This document shows, piece after piece, positions 50,755-62,916 of a stretch of DNA of 64,000 nucleotides. The stretch covers positions 372,001-436,000 of the forward strand of contig CM007992.1 in assembly GCA_002189035.1 (NCBI GenBank), written 5' to 3'. The notes under the pieces are model-generated. The model was not told where the DNA came from, searched no databases, and saw nothing but the letters and a program-made list of their open reading frames with translations. The stretch comes from Utricularia gibba. Taxonomy: Eukaryota; Plantae; Magnoliophyta. The first letter of the stretch is position 1. Each line of letters starts with the position of its first letter. A program made the translations under genes and the position numbers.

Positions 50755-52669
50755 TAGACCTTTTCTTTATTTTTTACTGTGTGGGGTAAAAGTAAAGGTG
50801 TATGTAGTGGTGGATTTGTGTCTTGAGTAGTTTTTGTAAAGTGGAAAGCTCCGGGAAACCATGTGACCAAAGTCTGTTATTCCCTCTTTACTTTGGGGCT
50901 TCTTTGTTGGTTCAATCAATCGGTTTTTCCTAGGGATTTGGGGAAATCTTGGACTGCAGAAAAGGTCAACAGGAGTGCTAATGGTGAATACCGTAACCTC
51001 AGTAGAGACAAAGATCTATGGCACCCACAATGGCTTGAGAACAACGGTTAGAATCCCACATCGGGAAAGGACATCTTTACGTCAAATTTGAAATAATATA
51101 TATTTTCCCCAGATCAATTCCAACCTGCAGGCTGCTATCTTTTCTTTCCTTCAACCCAGTCTGTTTTTTTTGTGGGAATCACAAACAAAATAACATCACG
51201 TTCCCGTTCCGATCTGATTACATCATGTTGGATCGAAGGGATTTGGAGATGAGACGGGTTTTCAGTGTCACTGAAATCAACGTCCTGATGCACTCAAATT
51301 TGGACCCTCAGGTAACTTTTTCCCATTTTATATACTAAAAATTCAAATAAAAAAATGTTTTTAATGTGAGCACGCTTTATTCAATTATTGATTTGAAATA
51401 TAAAAAAATCAGCATGCTATAAATTGCGAGCACATGATTCTGGTGAGTTTATTTTCCTGAATAAAACTGTCAGAGGACCATGTGCCTATAGCAGCCCGGT
51501 GGCTATGACACAGGTCGCCACGTACCCAGTTATGTGGGCGGATGCGGGGTGAAGCGTAGTTGTGTAGTGTATGAAGGGAGTATGTTATTATAACCGGAAA
51601 AAATCATTGCACATGCGACAAGGAGAAGCGGTTTGATTGGTTGGGTAATAGAGGTACTTGAGGGTCCAATTCTCACATGGCTTCCTCCCCATCCATACTC
51701 TGTTGCTCAAAGGCTGAGATAACTGGGACTGCAAGCCTGAAAAATCTGCATCGAGTCTACGTGCTTGCAGCCGTAAGCACGTAAGCTCAGTTGCAAAAGT
51801 ACATTTCTGGCCCATTAGGGAGTTTTAAACCCAAGTATATGTTCCTGCTTCACAAGTTGGTTGACGGCTAATCTACGTCAGGGTGAAAGTTGATGCAAAT
51901 GTACCATTTTTGTGAGAAAATTGGATTAGATTTCAGGTATGGCGTGGAGCAAGTGTAATTCTGTGCGGACGGAAAGGCTGAAGAGCGAACTGGCCACTAG
52001 CGAACTAATAAACTCACATGCGGGCAGCGCAGTTCATGCAAAGGGACTTGCTGTCCGTGTTCCACAGGTGCCACACAGGCTCATGTGGCCGAGTCTACGT
52101 GCTTACAGCTGGAGAAAAGGATCTCATCGGGACCCGGGGACTCGCCCCAATGCCCCCCTTGGTCGGACACGCGTCCTCGTAACGTTTGTAATATTCCACG
52201 CTTCTCTCCCTCCCTGTTCCTTTGTCTCATGTTACTTACTATTTCTTTTGTAGCACTTACTCGTTCACATTTTCCATGCTTCTCTGCTTTGGCTTCCTTA
52301 TGAATGGCACTTGTCAGGGTCTGTCTAGGGCTTGTGTTAGGTTATAGAATTTATTGCCCATTGAAAAATTACAAGAAAATTATTGAGCCAAATGTGTTTG
52401 TATTGAGGGTGTTACCTTTCAGGGCAGGTTTTGGACACCATGCAATTGTGCATTGTGAAAAGGGAGATGAAGATGATGAGCTACTCACAACACGGTGTCC
52501 TACCAACGAAGAGTCTTCTCTCTACTGGGGATATTTCTGGTTTGAACTGCATTAAAACGGAGACTGGTGTATCATGTGGTTCATGTAGAGCCACGTCGTA
52601 GCGCTTGATCTCTTCACTATTTGACTTCATCCCAGTGAACTGAGAAAATATCAAGTTCGGGTATTGGCT

Positions 52670-53903
52670 ATGGCGGTTGCTTCTTCTCCTTCGGCAGTTC
52701 TTTCGAAAGTATTTGTTCTCGGAACTCACCTCACACGATCCATAACCATCGACTCTGCAACCGCGGGCGGCGTCCCCCCTCCTCCGAAGCCGCTACTGAT
52801 TGTCAGCCCCTCGGAAGCGGGGGTTTTCCCAGTACTCGTATTTCTCCATGGATTTCTCCTCTACAACTCCTTCTACTCCGAGCTTCTCCACCACATCGCC
52901 TCCCATGGCTTCATTGTTGTCGCCCCTCAGGTTCGTCACTTCAATTTTACTTCATTCTTGAAACCCCCATTAAATCACCTGAAAAAAACAGGGAGTCTCT
53001 GTAGCTAAATCATCTTGTCGAAAACTGTGATTTTAGTTGGTGGTAATTGAATTCTGTTTGTGGTCTATTCGTCTCTGTTTGTTTAATGATTTGTTTGGAG
53101 GGAGGGAGTGAATGTGCTTGGTGCTAACTCATTCATTGTATTGTACGAAAGCTGTATTCTATAGCAGGGCCTGATGCAAGTGACGAAGTGAAGGTAACAG
53201 CAGAGATAGCGAAGTGGTTGCCTAAAGGGCTAGCACATTTCCTTCCCAGAAACGTGGAGCCAGACATTGCTAAGCTAGCTCTTTCTGGCCATAGCCGTGG
53301 AGGCAAAGTGTCCTTCGCATTGGCCTTATGCAAATCATCTTTGTCTTGTCCAAAATTCTCAGCCGTCATCGGCGTCGACCCGGTCGACGGAATGGGACAA
53401 GGGAGACAAACTCCCCCGCCTGTCCTCACCTACATCCCACACTCCTTCAATCTAAATGGTACTTCCATGTACACTCCTATGCTACAATCTTCCTTCATAA
53501 TCAACGCCTTTCTTTCTTCTAATCCACAGGGACAGCGGTGTTGGTCATTGGATCTGGATTAGGGGAACAGAAGAGCAACGCTTTATTTCCACCGTGTGCA
53601 CCAAAAGGGGTGAACCATCAGGATTTCTACAGCGAATGCTCGAAACCGGCCTACCACTTTGTAGCCAAGGACTATGGCCATCTTGATATGCTTGATGATG
53701 ATACACCAGGGATAAGAGGGAGTCTTACGCACTGTTTGTGCAAGAGTGGAGACGCTAGAGGCCCCATGAGGAGATTTGTCGGGGGCAGTATAGTCGCTTT
53801 TCTCAAGGCCTACCTGTGTGGTGATCCTACGGACATCGTGGCCATAAGACAAGGCCAGGCCGCGGCTCCTGTTGCTCTTCAGAGACTAGAGTTTCAAATG
53901 TAG
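52670..53903 (+). CDS. CLH: Chlorophyllase, 3 exons
   Basis: PPPPKPLLI, FPVLVFLHG, HIASHGFIVVAPQ, GHSRGGK lipase motif, IGVDPVDG, PPCAPKGVNH and YGHLDMLDD. Confidence 0.96.
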
Positions 53904-54673
53904 TCGAAACCCGCCGGTTCATCCCATCGGAATCGAAGCAGCCGGCCGTGGTTCTGCTCGCCAACCCAAATTTGTATGGTGTGCCTGTTCTTCTTCATGC
54001 ACAATCTCTATTATAATCCTCTGGAATTCACATCTAAGCTGCGTAGCGCCCGTCAGCACTGTCTACCGGCACCGTCTCGTGCCGCGAACATACCCCGCAC
54101 TTCATTAGCCATCTCGGCGGCGACGTCGGAGTCTCCATCTCCGGTGTCTTCCTTCCCGGAAGGAGAAGTTAATTAAAAAATCAGTTTAATTTGATTTTTT
54201 TAAAATTAGAAATTCATGTTTTCTGAAAACTCAAAGATGAATTTACGCTTATTTTCCAGAAATAAAATGATTTTATTAAATTTTTAGATATTCTATTGCA
54301 TGAATTAATTAGTACTTAATTGCAATAATTGAATCCGACATCGCACATGTTAACTTTTCATTTTTAGTTAAAAATTCGGTAGCTGTCGGAAATTATCCAA
54401 ACAATTAAAATTAATAATTTAAGTTCTTTTATACGAATCGCCAGGTACACACAATGAATTAATTTCCCAATGTTTAGTTATATACATGTCTTTTCATGCA
54501 TTAATTTTTTTTATTTATAAATATAAATGATTCAAATAATTGAACTGTAAATATATATCTGGGTTGAAAAAAAAGAACCAAATCTCAAAGTAATAATGTA
54601 TTTATGACGTAATATTACGATTAAAAATTATTATTAACTAAAAAACACACGATATTTAAAAATTTTCTCTTCT

Positions 54674-55066
54674 CTAAGGCATGAAGAGCTTGTCTCGACA
54701 CTTGCATCTCCACGCCTCCGGATAGTACTCCGCCGCGATACTCATTTCAGCCTCTATCGGCACGTGCACCGCCACGCATGGCCAGCACCAACCGCATTTC
54801 AGCCGGCACGACGGCGGCCGCGACCCCAACAGGCTCGCTCGGCGCCGCCCCACACCCCTTCCGTACCCCAAGCCTGGAAGCCGAGATGTGTGGTTGATGG
54901 AAGGTCGGAGTTTCGCAAAAAAAAGCACAACAGGATACAAAGAAACTCAGGTTTCGAGTAGTAATATGAGCTTACTGAATTCAGGTGATGGATTCGAGAC
55001 GAAGCCTAGAGCCGGCGCGGCAATGAGAAGCATAAGCGCCACGGAGACACGGCAGAGCCACCCCAT
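54674..55066 (-). CDS. EPFL: Epidermal patterning factor-like peptide (EPFL4/5/6 type), 2 exons (55066-54976, 54873-54674)
   Basis: Signal peptide exon MGWLCRVSVALMLLIAAPALG, then GSRPPSCRLKCGWCWPCVAVHVP...EYYPEAWRCKCRDKLFMP with six Cys. Confidence 0.93.
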
Positions 55067-56515
55067 CGGAATCTGTATGATACAGGAGAAGAAAGGAGAC
55101 AAAGAAAAACAGAGGGGAGAAAAGGAGAGGAAGACAATTGAGTCTATGTCAAGTGAGCTGAGCGCGTGTGTGTGATTTGAGTGGAGATGTCATGAGACAG
55201 AGACTTTTATCTGCGTGTCGGCTTCTACAATGAAAAAAAAAATGACCTTCATCCTATCATCTCAAGATATGAATCCCTGACATTTAATGCTCAGCTACAC
55301 CAGATGAGATGATAACTTTAGACTAATCAACTTCTACCTCCAATGTCATAAATTCAAACAGGAATGAAGTAGGAAACTTCGATAAAGAAAAAAGACATGA
55401 AATGAGAATCTGCAGACTTGATGACAACACAAGACAAGAAAGACAACAAGGTAGAATTTTCCATTTCTTTGACCGTGTGTGTTCTGTTTTGGCTCAACCC
55501 TGTATTCACAACCTAAAGAAGCTATGAATCCATGCCTCAAATCATAATTAAAATACAAAGATCACATCTTTCGGGACATGTGGATTTTTGTAAAAAATTC
55601 AGAGTGCTCCACATTGTTGGTTACTGTACTCTTCTGTTCCTGCCACCCTGCAATACCTTCAATAATGGAGATAGAGTACAGGGCAAGGGAGGGGACCTCA
55701 TTTTGTCTTCAAACATGCTTCGGATGGACCAACAGTCTTTTTTTTCACAAAACTTGCAAGGAAACTTCACAAAGTGTGACTTGGTTGTCTTCTTGCTGAG
55801 ACCTACATGATGAAGTTGAATAGCCAAAATCAATGGAATTGGGTAAATGGGGTATTGCAGAAATGTAAAAGTTAAGCGAAGGAGACATATGAGGATGTGA
55901 TTATGAGGAAATGGAAGCAATGAAATAAGTGCAGGGTGCAGCAGGTTCGTGGCTGACACTGTGAATTTAAAGGTTGTCTCTTTCTGTGTTTGATTTTGTT
56001 TGCCCAAGTATTCAATTTCTTTCACTCAATTTGTCGAACATCTTGTGGGATATGTCCAATTTGTGGTCACTTTCCTTCATTTCTTTCTTTCCGAGCTTTC
56101 AATTTCAAATGCTGCTGCTTCCGAAGAGCTTGTCGTCTCGATCTTTCTGGGCCAAAAAAGAAATTGTCCGATTAGCTGATTCTAACAGCAAACATGATGG
56201 AATTATGAATCAGCAGAAGGAACAACCGTGAATGATGGATGCCGGTGGTCGGTAGCGGCGCCGTCTTCAGCGCAAATGCACACCGTTGAATAGCAATAAA
56301 AATTTGAAATTAATTATTAAAAAAACTTCAAAAAATATAAACACCTCAAAAAAAAAAAAACAAGAAAATCAAACAATCCCGAGAATAAGTAAATGACGAA
56401 ATAGCCAAACACTCAAGAGGGTTTTTGAGGGGTAATAGGGTAATTTCATTATAGATTAGCAAACCTCTTATTCGCCTCTTTCTCAGGCATTTGTTCAGTG
56501 CTGCAAGATAAGAGG

Positions 56516-58162
56516 ATGGGTTCTCTGAGCAAGGTAAAATTGTTCGGAATGTTAGGGTTTTGAAATTTCCAATGATTTGGGAGGGTTTTCCTCGATCTCA
56601 CATGTGTCATTCGCCGAGTTCTTTTTTTTTTTTTACTGGGGTTTTCTTTCGGTTGTTTTTTGGTATATTTGATTTTTAGGTAAGTGTTTGGAAAGAAGAA
56701 TCAGATGTTGGGTTTTGCTTTAATGTTCCCTGTAATTGTCCTATTCTGGAGTCTCTTCTGATTCTGGTTTCAAAGGATCAATGAATAACGCTGTTGTTTT
56801 TCGTTTCTCTTGTTTGCGGTGTCCAAACTTTCGAATAATTGTTTCATTCATGAGATGAATGTAACAGATAAGTGATTTGATTCCAAGTTACAAACTTTTA
56901 GTTTTCTAGATGCATCTAGTACTTGCGAATTCGGTGCTTGGCTCTGTATGAACATACCCCAAACTCCACTTGGAGAGTGTCCTCGTGGGATTACACATAT
57001 TCGGGCTCTTTCTGCAGGATGAGAGGGAGGAAGTTATCCAAGCTTGGTACATGAATGACAGTGAGGAAGATCAGAGGCTCCCTCATCACCAGAACCCGAA
57101 GAAGTTCGTTTCTTTCGAAAAGCTTGATGGTATGCATACTTTGAAGTTTCATATGTATGGCTGTTTGTTGTAGTGCGTGAACCTAAAATTCAAATATACT
57201 TTTTTTGGTTTGAGTGGACGTGGTTTCTTTGTGCCTTGGTTAACTAGACTGAGCATATGGAAATGTTAGCTTTTCTGACTGTTGAACCTTCCTAGTGCTT
57301 CCACGCTTAATTTTTCTTCATGCTAATGTTTAGAGCTTGGAGTCCTTAGTTGGAAGTTGGATGCGGACAAGTATGAAACAGATCCAGAGTTGCAGAAAAT
57401 TCGTGAAGACCGTGGATACACTTACATGGTATGGCAAACTAGAATAGTTGTTGCAACATCAGTATCCTTGCGGTAGGAGATGATTCTTATTCCAGGTTGT
57501 CACTTGATTAATCTCCAGGATTTCTGTGAGGTAAGTAAAGAGAAGATGCCAAACTATGAAGAGAAGATCAAGAGCTTCTACGAGGAGCATCTTCACACAG
57601 ATGAGGAGATCCGCTACTGTGTTGCAGGGAGCGGTATACTGTGAAATCACTACCTCTATTCACGACCCATATTGCTGTTGATGATGATTGCATCTAACTT
57701 CCCTTCCTACCATGTAAGGTTATTTTGATGTTCGTGACCATGATGAATCTTGGATCCGCATCTGGGTGAAGAAGGGGGCTCTCATTGTTCTCCCAGCCGG
57801 AATATACCACCGATTCACACTCGATTCCGACAACTACATCAAGGTAATCCAGCTCTCTTCCAACAGGCTTCCATATTTTTTCAATGCCATTCCTCTCATC
57901 CATCCACCTGCAGGCACTGCGACTCTTTGTTGGTGAACCTGTCTGGACTCCATATAACCGACCCCATGATCATCTCCCCGCAAGGTACTGCTCCATCATC
58001 CCAATTTCACCACCATCACAGTTCCTTGATTAACAAAGAATCACCCGATGCGGGTTAGAACATGCTGTCTTATGCGGAATTGTGGGATGTCGTAGGCAGC
58101 AATACATCGAAACCTTCGTGCAGAAGCTTGGAGATGGACAGGGGATCGGTGCCTCTGCCTGA
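56516..58162 (+). CDS. ARD: Acireductone dioxygenase (methionine salvage), multi-exon
   Basis: [10 protein letters not shown]...[39 protein letters not shown] and [17 protein letters not shown]. Confidence 0.96.
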
Positions 58163-58838
58163 AGACCCACCTCCCCTCCCTCTCCCTTGTGCAACAGCTG
58201 CCCTTCAACTTTGGAGAGGAGAGAACGCTGCCATTGTTATCCTATGTGTGCAATAGCACAATAAAAGGAGCCCAGCTCCACCGTACGTGTGTTTGCGAAT
58301 AGCTGAATTATGGGTGCCCGACTGTAATAAATGATGTTTCCTACTATTCGTGTGTATATTTTTTTTTTTCGTGGAAAAAGATTTAGGTTTGTTTTAAAAA
58401 TCCAATTTCATTTTTTTATTCGTAATTTAGAATTTAATATTTTTTATTAATATATTGAGGTTTAGCATATTATAGATATACTAAAAACTAAAATCCACCA
58501 CTATATATATTTTAAATATTTTAAATAATATCCTTATATTTTTAATCTAAATATTAACTTTTGAGTTTAATACCTGAGTTTTAAAATAGTGGTTAATCAA
58601 CTCAGATATTCCGTGAAATGAAACCATCGGTTTTTCCGTACCGGCGACCCGGCCAGTGTTGGGGTTTTTCTCAGAAGAGATCTCTTCTGAAAAAGGGCCG
58701 GTCCGCTTCCGTCCGTCCGCAACATGGACGAAGTTTAGAGTACTAGTACTACTCCTACGCACGCGCATTGAGTCCTTCTCTTGGACAAGTTTCTGGGTGC
58801 CCTTTTCCCTGAAATTCCTCCGGCACCGGACATTTCGC

Positions 58839-59423
58839 TCAAACCAGAGCTCCTCCTTTGAGATACTCTGTGAAGGCCAAGGCCACCAAGCCCAGCATCG
58901 CGAATCTCCCATTCCAGAGCTCGGCGTCCGAACTCATCACATTACCCGATGCGGACTCCACGGTCACTCCCTTGAACAACGGCACCAACGAGGCTACCGT
59001 GAGCAATGCGGTGGTTCCCAGGAACCAAGAAACGCCGCCGTTTTGGAGTTGGAGGAGCACATCCTGTCCGTTGATCAACTCAGCCCCTATAGCCGCCACG
59101 AACCCGATCATCGCCAGCCTCCCATTAATTCTCTCCGGACCGGGACCGCTGAACGCCAAGATCTGAGAAAACCCGGGCGCCCTCTTCACGGGCGAGGCTC
59201 CGGTGCATCCTCTGTTCCCTGAAAAAAAAAAGTCACCCAGATCCAAATTTGAGTCAAAGCTTCACGTGGGCATCTTTATCTACCAACTCCGGAGAAATCT
59301 TACATCCGCCATGCTTCGAACTCGCAGGTCGGGAATCTTCCTCTCGGGACGCTTCGGCGGTAGCCCCAGAGAGTTAGCTGGCCGCGAAAAGGAGAGGATC
59401 CCATTGCAAATCGCGCTAGCCAT
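58839..59423 (-). CDS. ELIP: Early light-induced protein (LHC superfamily), 2 exons
   Basis: Transit peptide ...RVRSMAD, then LAFSGPGPERINGRLAMIGF and AELWNGRFAMLGLVALAFTEY. Needs +1 base at 59190-59192. Confidence 0.93.
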
Positions 59424-61539
59424 TGCCGGAAACGAAGCGGAGAATGCAGCGAAGAAGACGGAGCTGGCAACGATGACGGCGTTAATGGCGAGATGGTGGG
59501 GATTTAAAGAGGAGAAAGTGCCAACAAACAAAGACGTGGACACTCCGAGGACACGTAGACGCGCTGGTGTCCGCTGAATCTGAAAATGAAAAGCGAGAGT
59601 CCCACGTTCCCAACTTCCTTTTGTGGCCGGAAGCTTCTAGTACCTCCTCCTCATTGGTGGGGATCAAAATCCACTTTTTGTATTTTTTTTGGTTTTTAAA
59701 ATCAAATATCTTCGGATTTTAGATTTTTAAATCTATCAAATCAATAGATAATGCTCTATTTGTAATAGACTATATTTGATAAACAGGTTTATTATCAATT
59801 ACAAATAACTTTTATTCAAAAAAATTAGATTGAATAGTAAAATTAAGTTGGGAAAAAATGAGTATTTTAAATTGGGAATTGATTTTATCATTATTGTAAA
59901 TAAGAGGGATTATTTTTGTCCTATTGTGAAATGGTAGGAATCATTATAAATGATTTTGAAATAGTTGAAATTAAAACACTCTTTAAACAATCTGCCCAAA
60001 ATTTCAATTTTTAGAGATATAATATGAAATTGGAAAATTTTCCCAATTTCAAACACATGCTAATATGCGCAATGGTGCACTTTAAGGTTATGGGCCTGAT
60101 TTTGGGCCAGGCCTCATCTTTCGGGGACTCGTGCAACCTCGGAAGGGTAAAATCCTTGGGAGTTCCGACGCTAGAAGTTCCATTTGGAGTGCGAGGTCGA
60201 AGGGTCTGTGGCGTTTCTGATAGAATCAGGGGGCGCTGATGGTGGATATTGTTGTATTCGTTGCCCGATATGGCCATCGGCACCGTCAAGTGATCTGAAT
60301 TCTGGGCATCGATTGCCGGAATCTTGAACTGCGGTGAATGGGACACAGAAAAGCTTAAATCTTCTGTTGGATACACTTGCGGTGGCCTTGGTTCATACTG
60401 TTCACATCATTAGATTCTGTTTAATTATTTGTCATTATCAGTGGGAAGAGGACCAGCCTACGTTCCATGGAAAGATTGCAGCCCTTCTGCTGTCACGCAG
60501 TGGCCATCACAATAAGGATTCTCATGGACCACTGTGACTGTGAGTCCCCCGAAAACCTGCATTTATTCATATTTATGTGCCACCCATCTTCCTCAAATGG
60601 GAATGCGCATCTACATATGGGATTAACACCACGAATGGCCAGAAAGTTTTGAGTGATGGAATGGGATAGGGGGGAGCAGGGGTTGTTTGCTTTGAGGGTT
60701 TTGTATGGAGTGCAGATCAGATCTGCAAAGCTATTGTATTGTGTTGCTGTTGGGAAGATCAGCAGCTGGGAGAAGAAGATCACATTGACAACCCATCAGG
60801 AGTCACTTTCTTTTGATGCATATAAGTAGATGGGATTCGATCTGTAGCTCTCCCAGCTGACTCACTTGATGCATACAACTGAAAGAAACCAGAGAGAGAC
60901 ATTTGAACTGCACACCACGAGAAGTAAATCATCCCTCCTCACAGGCTCCCACCTTCACCTTTCTCTACATAGAAATGATATTCGGTCAGTGGTTCCTATA
61001 TCTTTATGTACAATCAAATTCAAGCTATTAGTTTAGTGGGTCTAGACGTAGCCACCAAATCAATCGTTTTTTCTCTTCTTTTTTCATGGAATATGCCTAT
61101 TCCTCACTCACAGTGCCTCAATGAACACATTTCCAATTGCTCTGGCCACAAGTAGTGGGCTTTAGTCTTGTTTGGGGAAATAGGGAAGCTCTTGGTAGTC
61201 ATTTGGGGTGCCATCAGATTTGAAAATGAATTGGAGATTGGGACCACTGGGGGAGAATGGAACCTTGCTTCATGACACACATCTTTTTTCCTCCTTTTGT
61301 TGATATATATGACATGTGTTGTGCTTGCTTTTGCTTCACTTGCATCCTCTCTTTTATCCCACATAACCAGCCTCCACTTTCGCCTCTTCCTCCTCTGCAA
61401 AACTCCCTATTTGTGTCCCATCTTCTTGCCCAAAATCCTGAAGCAGAAAAAGGAAAAAAAACCCTTTCCTCGTTTCTTCTCCTTCTTCTTCTTCCTCCCA
61501 AAGATCGGATTTTTATGGCCTGGGTTTACCTTGCAAGAG

Positions 61540-61622
61540 CATCTGATGAAGCTGCCAGCATGATCTAAACTGTCCTCCTATTGCTGTGGAAAGATCAGAT
61601 CATGTGGAAGCTTCATCTCATT
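61540..61622 (+). ncRNA. MIR167: MIR167 precursor hairpin; mature miR167 at 61547-61567, star at ~61597-61617
   Basis: Exact TGAAGCTGCCAGCATGATCTA, with complementary arm AGATCATGTGGAAGCTTCATC about 30 nt downstream. TATA-like TATATAT near 61304 and a pyrimidine-rich leader. Confidence 0.97.
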
Positions 61623-62916
61623 CTTCTTGCCTGAATATCAAAACCCTAATTTTTGGCCCTATTCAACACATGGGTTGATGCATGAATCCAGTTTTATTTA
61701 GTGCCAGAAACCCTACAGATTTCATGCTCACTTGTCTGCTTTTTTTATTATTATTTTTAATTTGTTGCTATCTATTTCATCTAGTTATTAGAATCATTGA
61801 ATACAAATAGTTTTGTTATTAAATGTAAATAAATAATATTTTAAAAAAGAAAAATGATTTGGAATTGATTTTTATTTTGAAGAAAATGTAAGACCTCAAG
61901 CTCTATTTTATTAGATAAATGACTTTTGAGGGGTGGAATCAAACAAAATGGAATTATGGGAGTGAAAATTTTGTGGTAAATATATAATTTTGGAATGTGA
62001 AGGGGTTTGTTTGTTAAATGATGATTCTGCAGATCCGAGGCAGGAGGAGCCCAGCTTTGAAGGCGTCGGATCCCACGGCCCCACCTCCGGTAGACACCGC
62101 CGCCAGGCCAAATCCGTATATGTCGCCGGAGAGGTGAACCGGGGGGTTATTTAGAAAAAAAAAACAAAATACATTTTAGAAATACAATTTCAAATTTATT
62201 ATAAAAGTGCATATCCTTTGTTATTTTTTTTTAAAAAAATTATATCATTTATTAGAGTTTATATTTAAATAAATAATCGTATTTCTTGCATATTTTTTTT
62301 ATATTTGTATGAATATATGCACAATATATAAACTTTTTGGGAAGAAAAATAACAATGAATGGAAGGGTTTGAACCAATTTAGCTGCTGTGTGTTCTCCGG
62401 AAGCGCAAGTCGCTATTTCTTTTCCGAAGTGCAGTCCCTGAGTCGTCGCCGTAGCTCGATTTTCATGCCGCTACTGCGGCTGAAGATTACAACGCGATGG
62501 GATGAACGGCTGGTGAATCGAGGCAAGGGCCTGTTCTCCAGTTTTATGGTAAAAGATAGCTCTTTTATATTTCCGGTTGGAGAAGGGATGGAACTGGGCT
62601 TGCGCCTTTCTATTTCTAAAATCATCCCAGTTTTTCAAGATCTTGTTATTCTTTTTTTGATAGTTAATCCGTTCGGATACTTCTTGGTTAAATTTGATGA
62701 GGATGCTGTGATTGCTATTCCGAAGTTGTTAGAAATTCCAGTGCCAGCAGAACATAATGCGATGATTCCTTTTTTAGCGTGCCTTTTGCTTGTATGGCGT
62801 CTGAAGCTGCTTTAACACTATGGCTTATCTAGGTTCTGATTGGAAAATATGCTTTTGGGGCAAAGGAGTATTGATTAATATGAACATTGAGGAGTTGTGT
62901 AGCGCAGTTTGGCGAC

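Noticed and set aside
52085-52303. KRISSGPGDSP resembling a CLE peptide
   Set aside because: GTG start, no N-terminal signal peptide and poor fit to the CLE 12-mer.
53940-54180. GC-rich segment after chlorophyllase with partial open frames
   Set aside because: Stops in the informative frames and no family recognised.
59324-59335. 12 nt match to the miR168 3' end
   Set aside because: Lies antisense within an ELIP coding exon with no hairpin; chance match.
30385-59423. Several plastid/light genes nearby (PSB27-H2, SECE1, CLH, ELIP) as a possible functional cluster
   Set aside because: They are interspersed with unrelated genes and form no shared pathway; this is expected at high gene density.
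8500-62815. Many 60-200 aa ORFs in the track that are antisense to, or in alternative frames of, called genes
   Set aside because: These are shadow ORFs of GC-rich exons or intron read-through, often with non-ATG starts.
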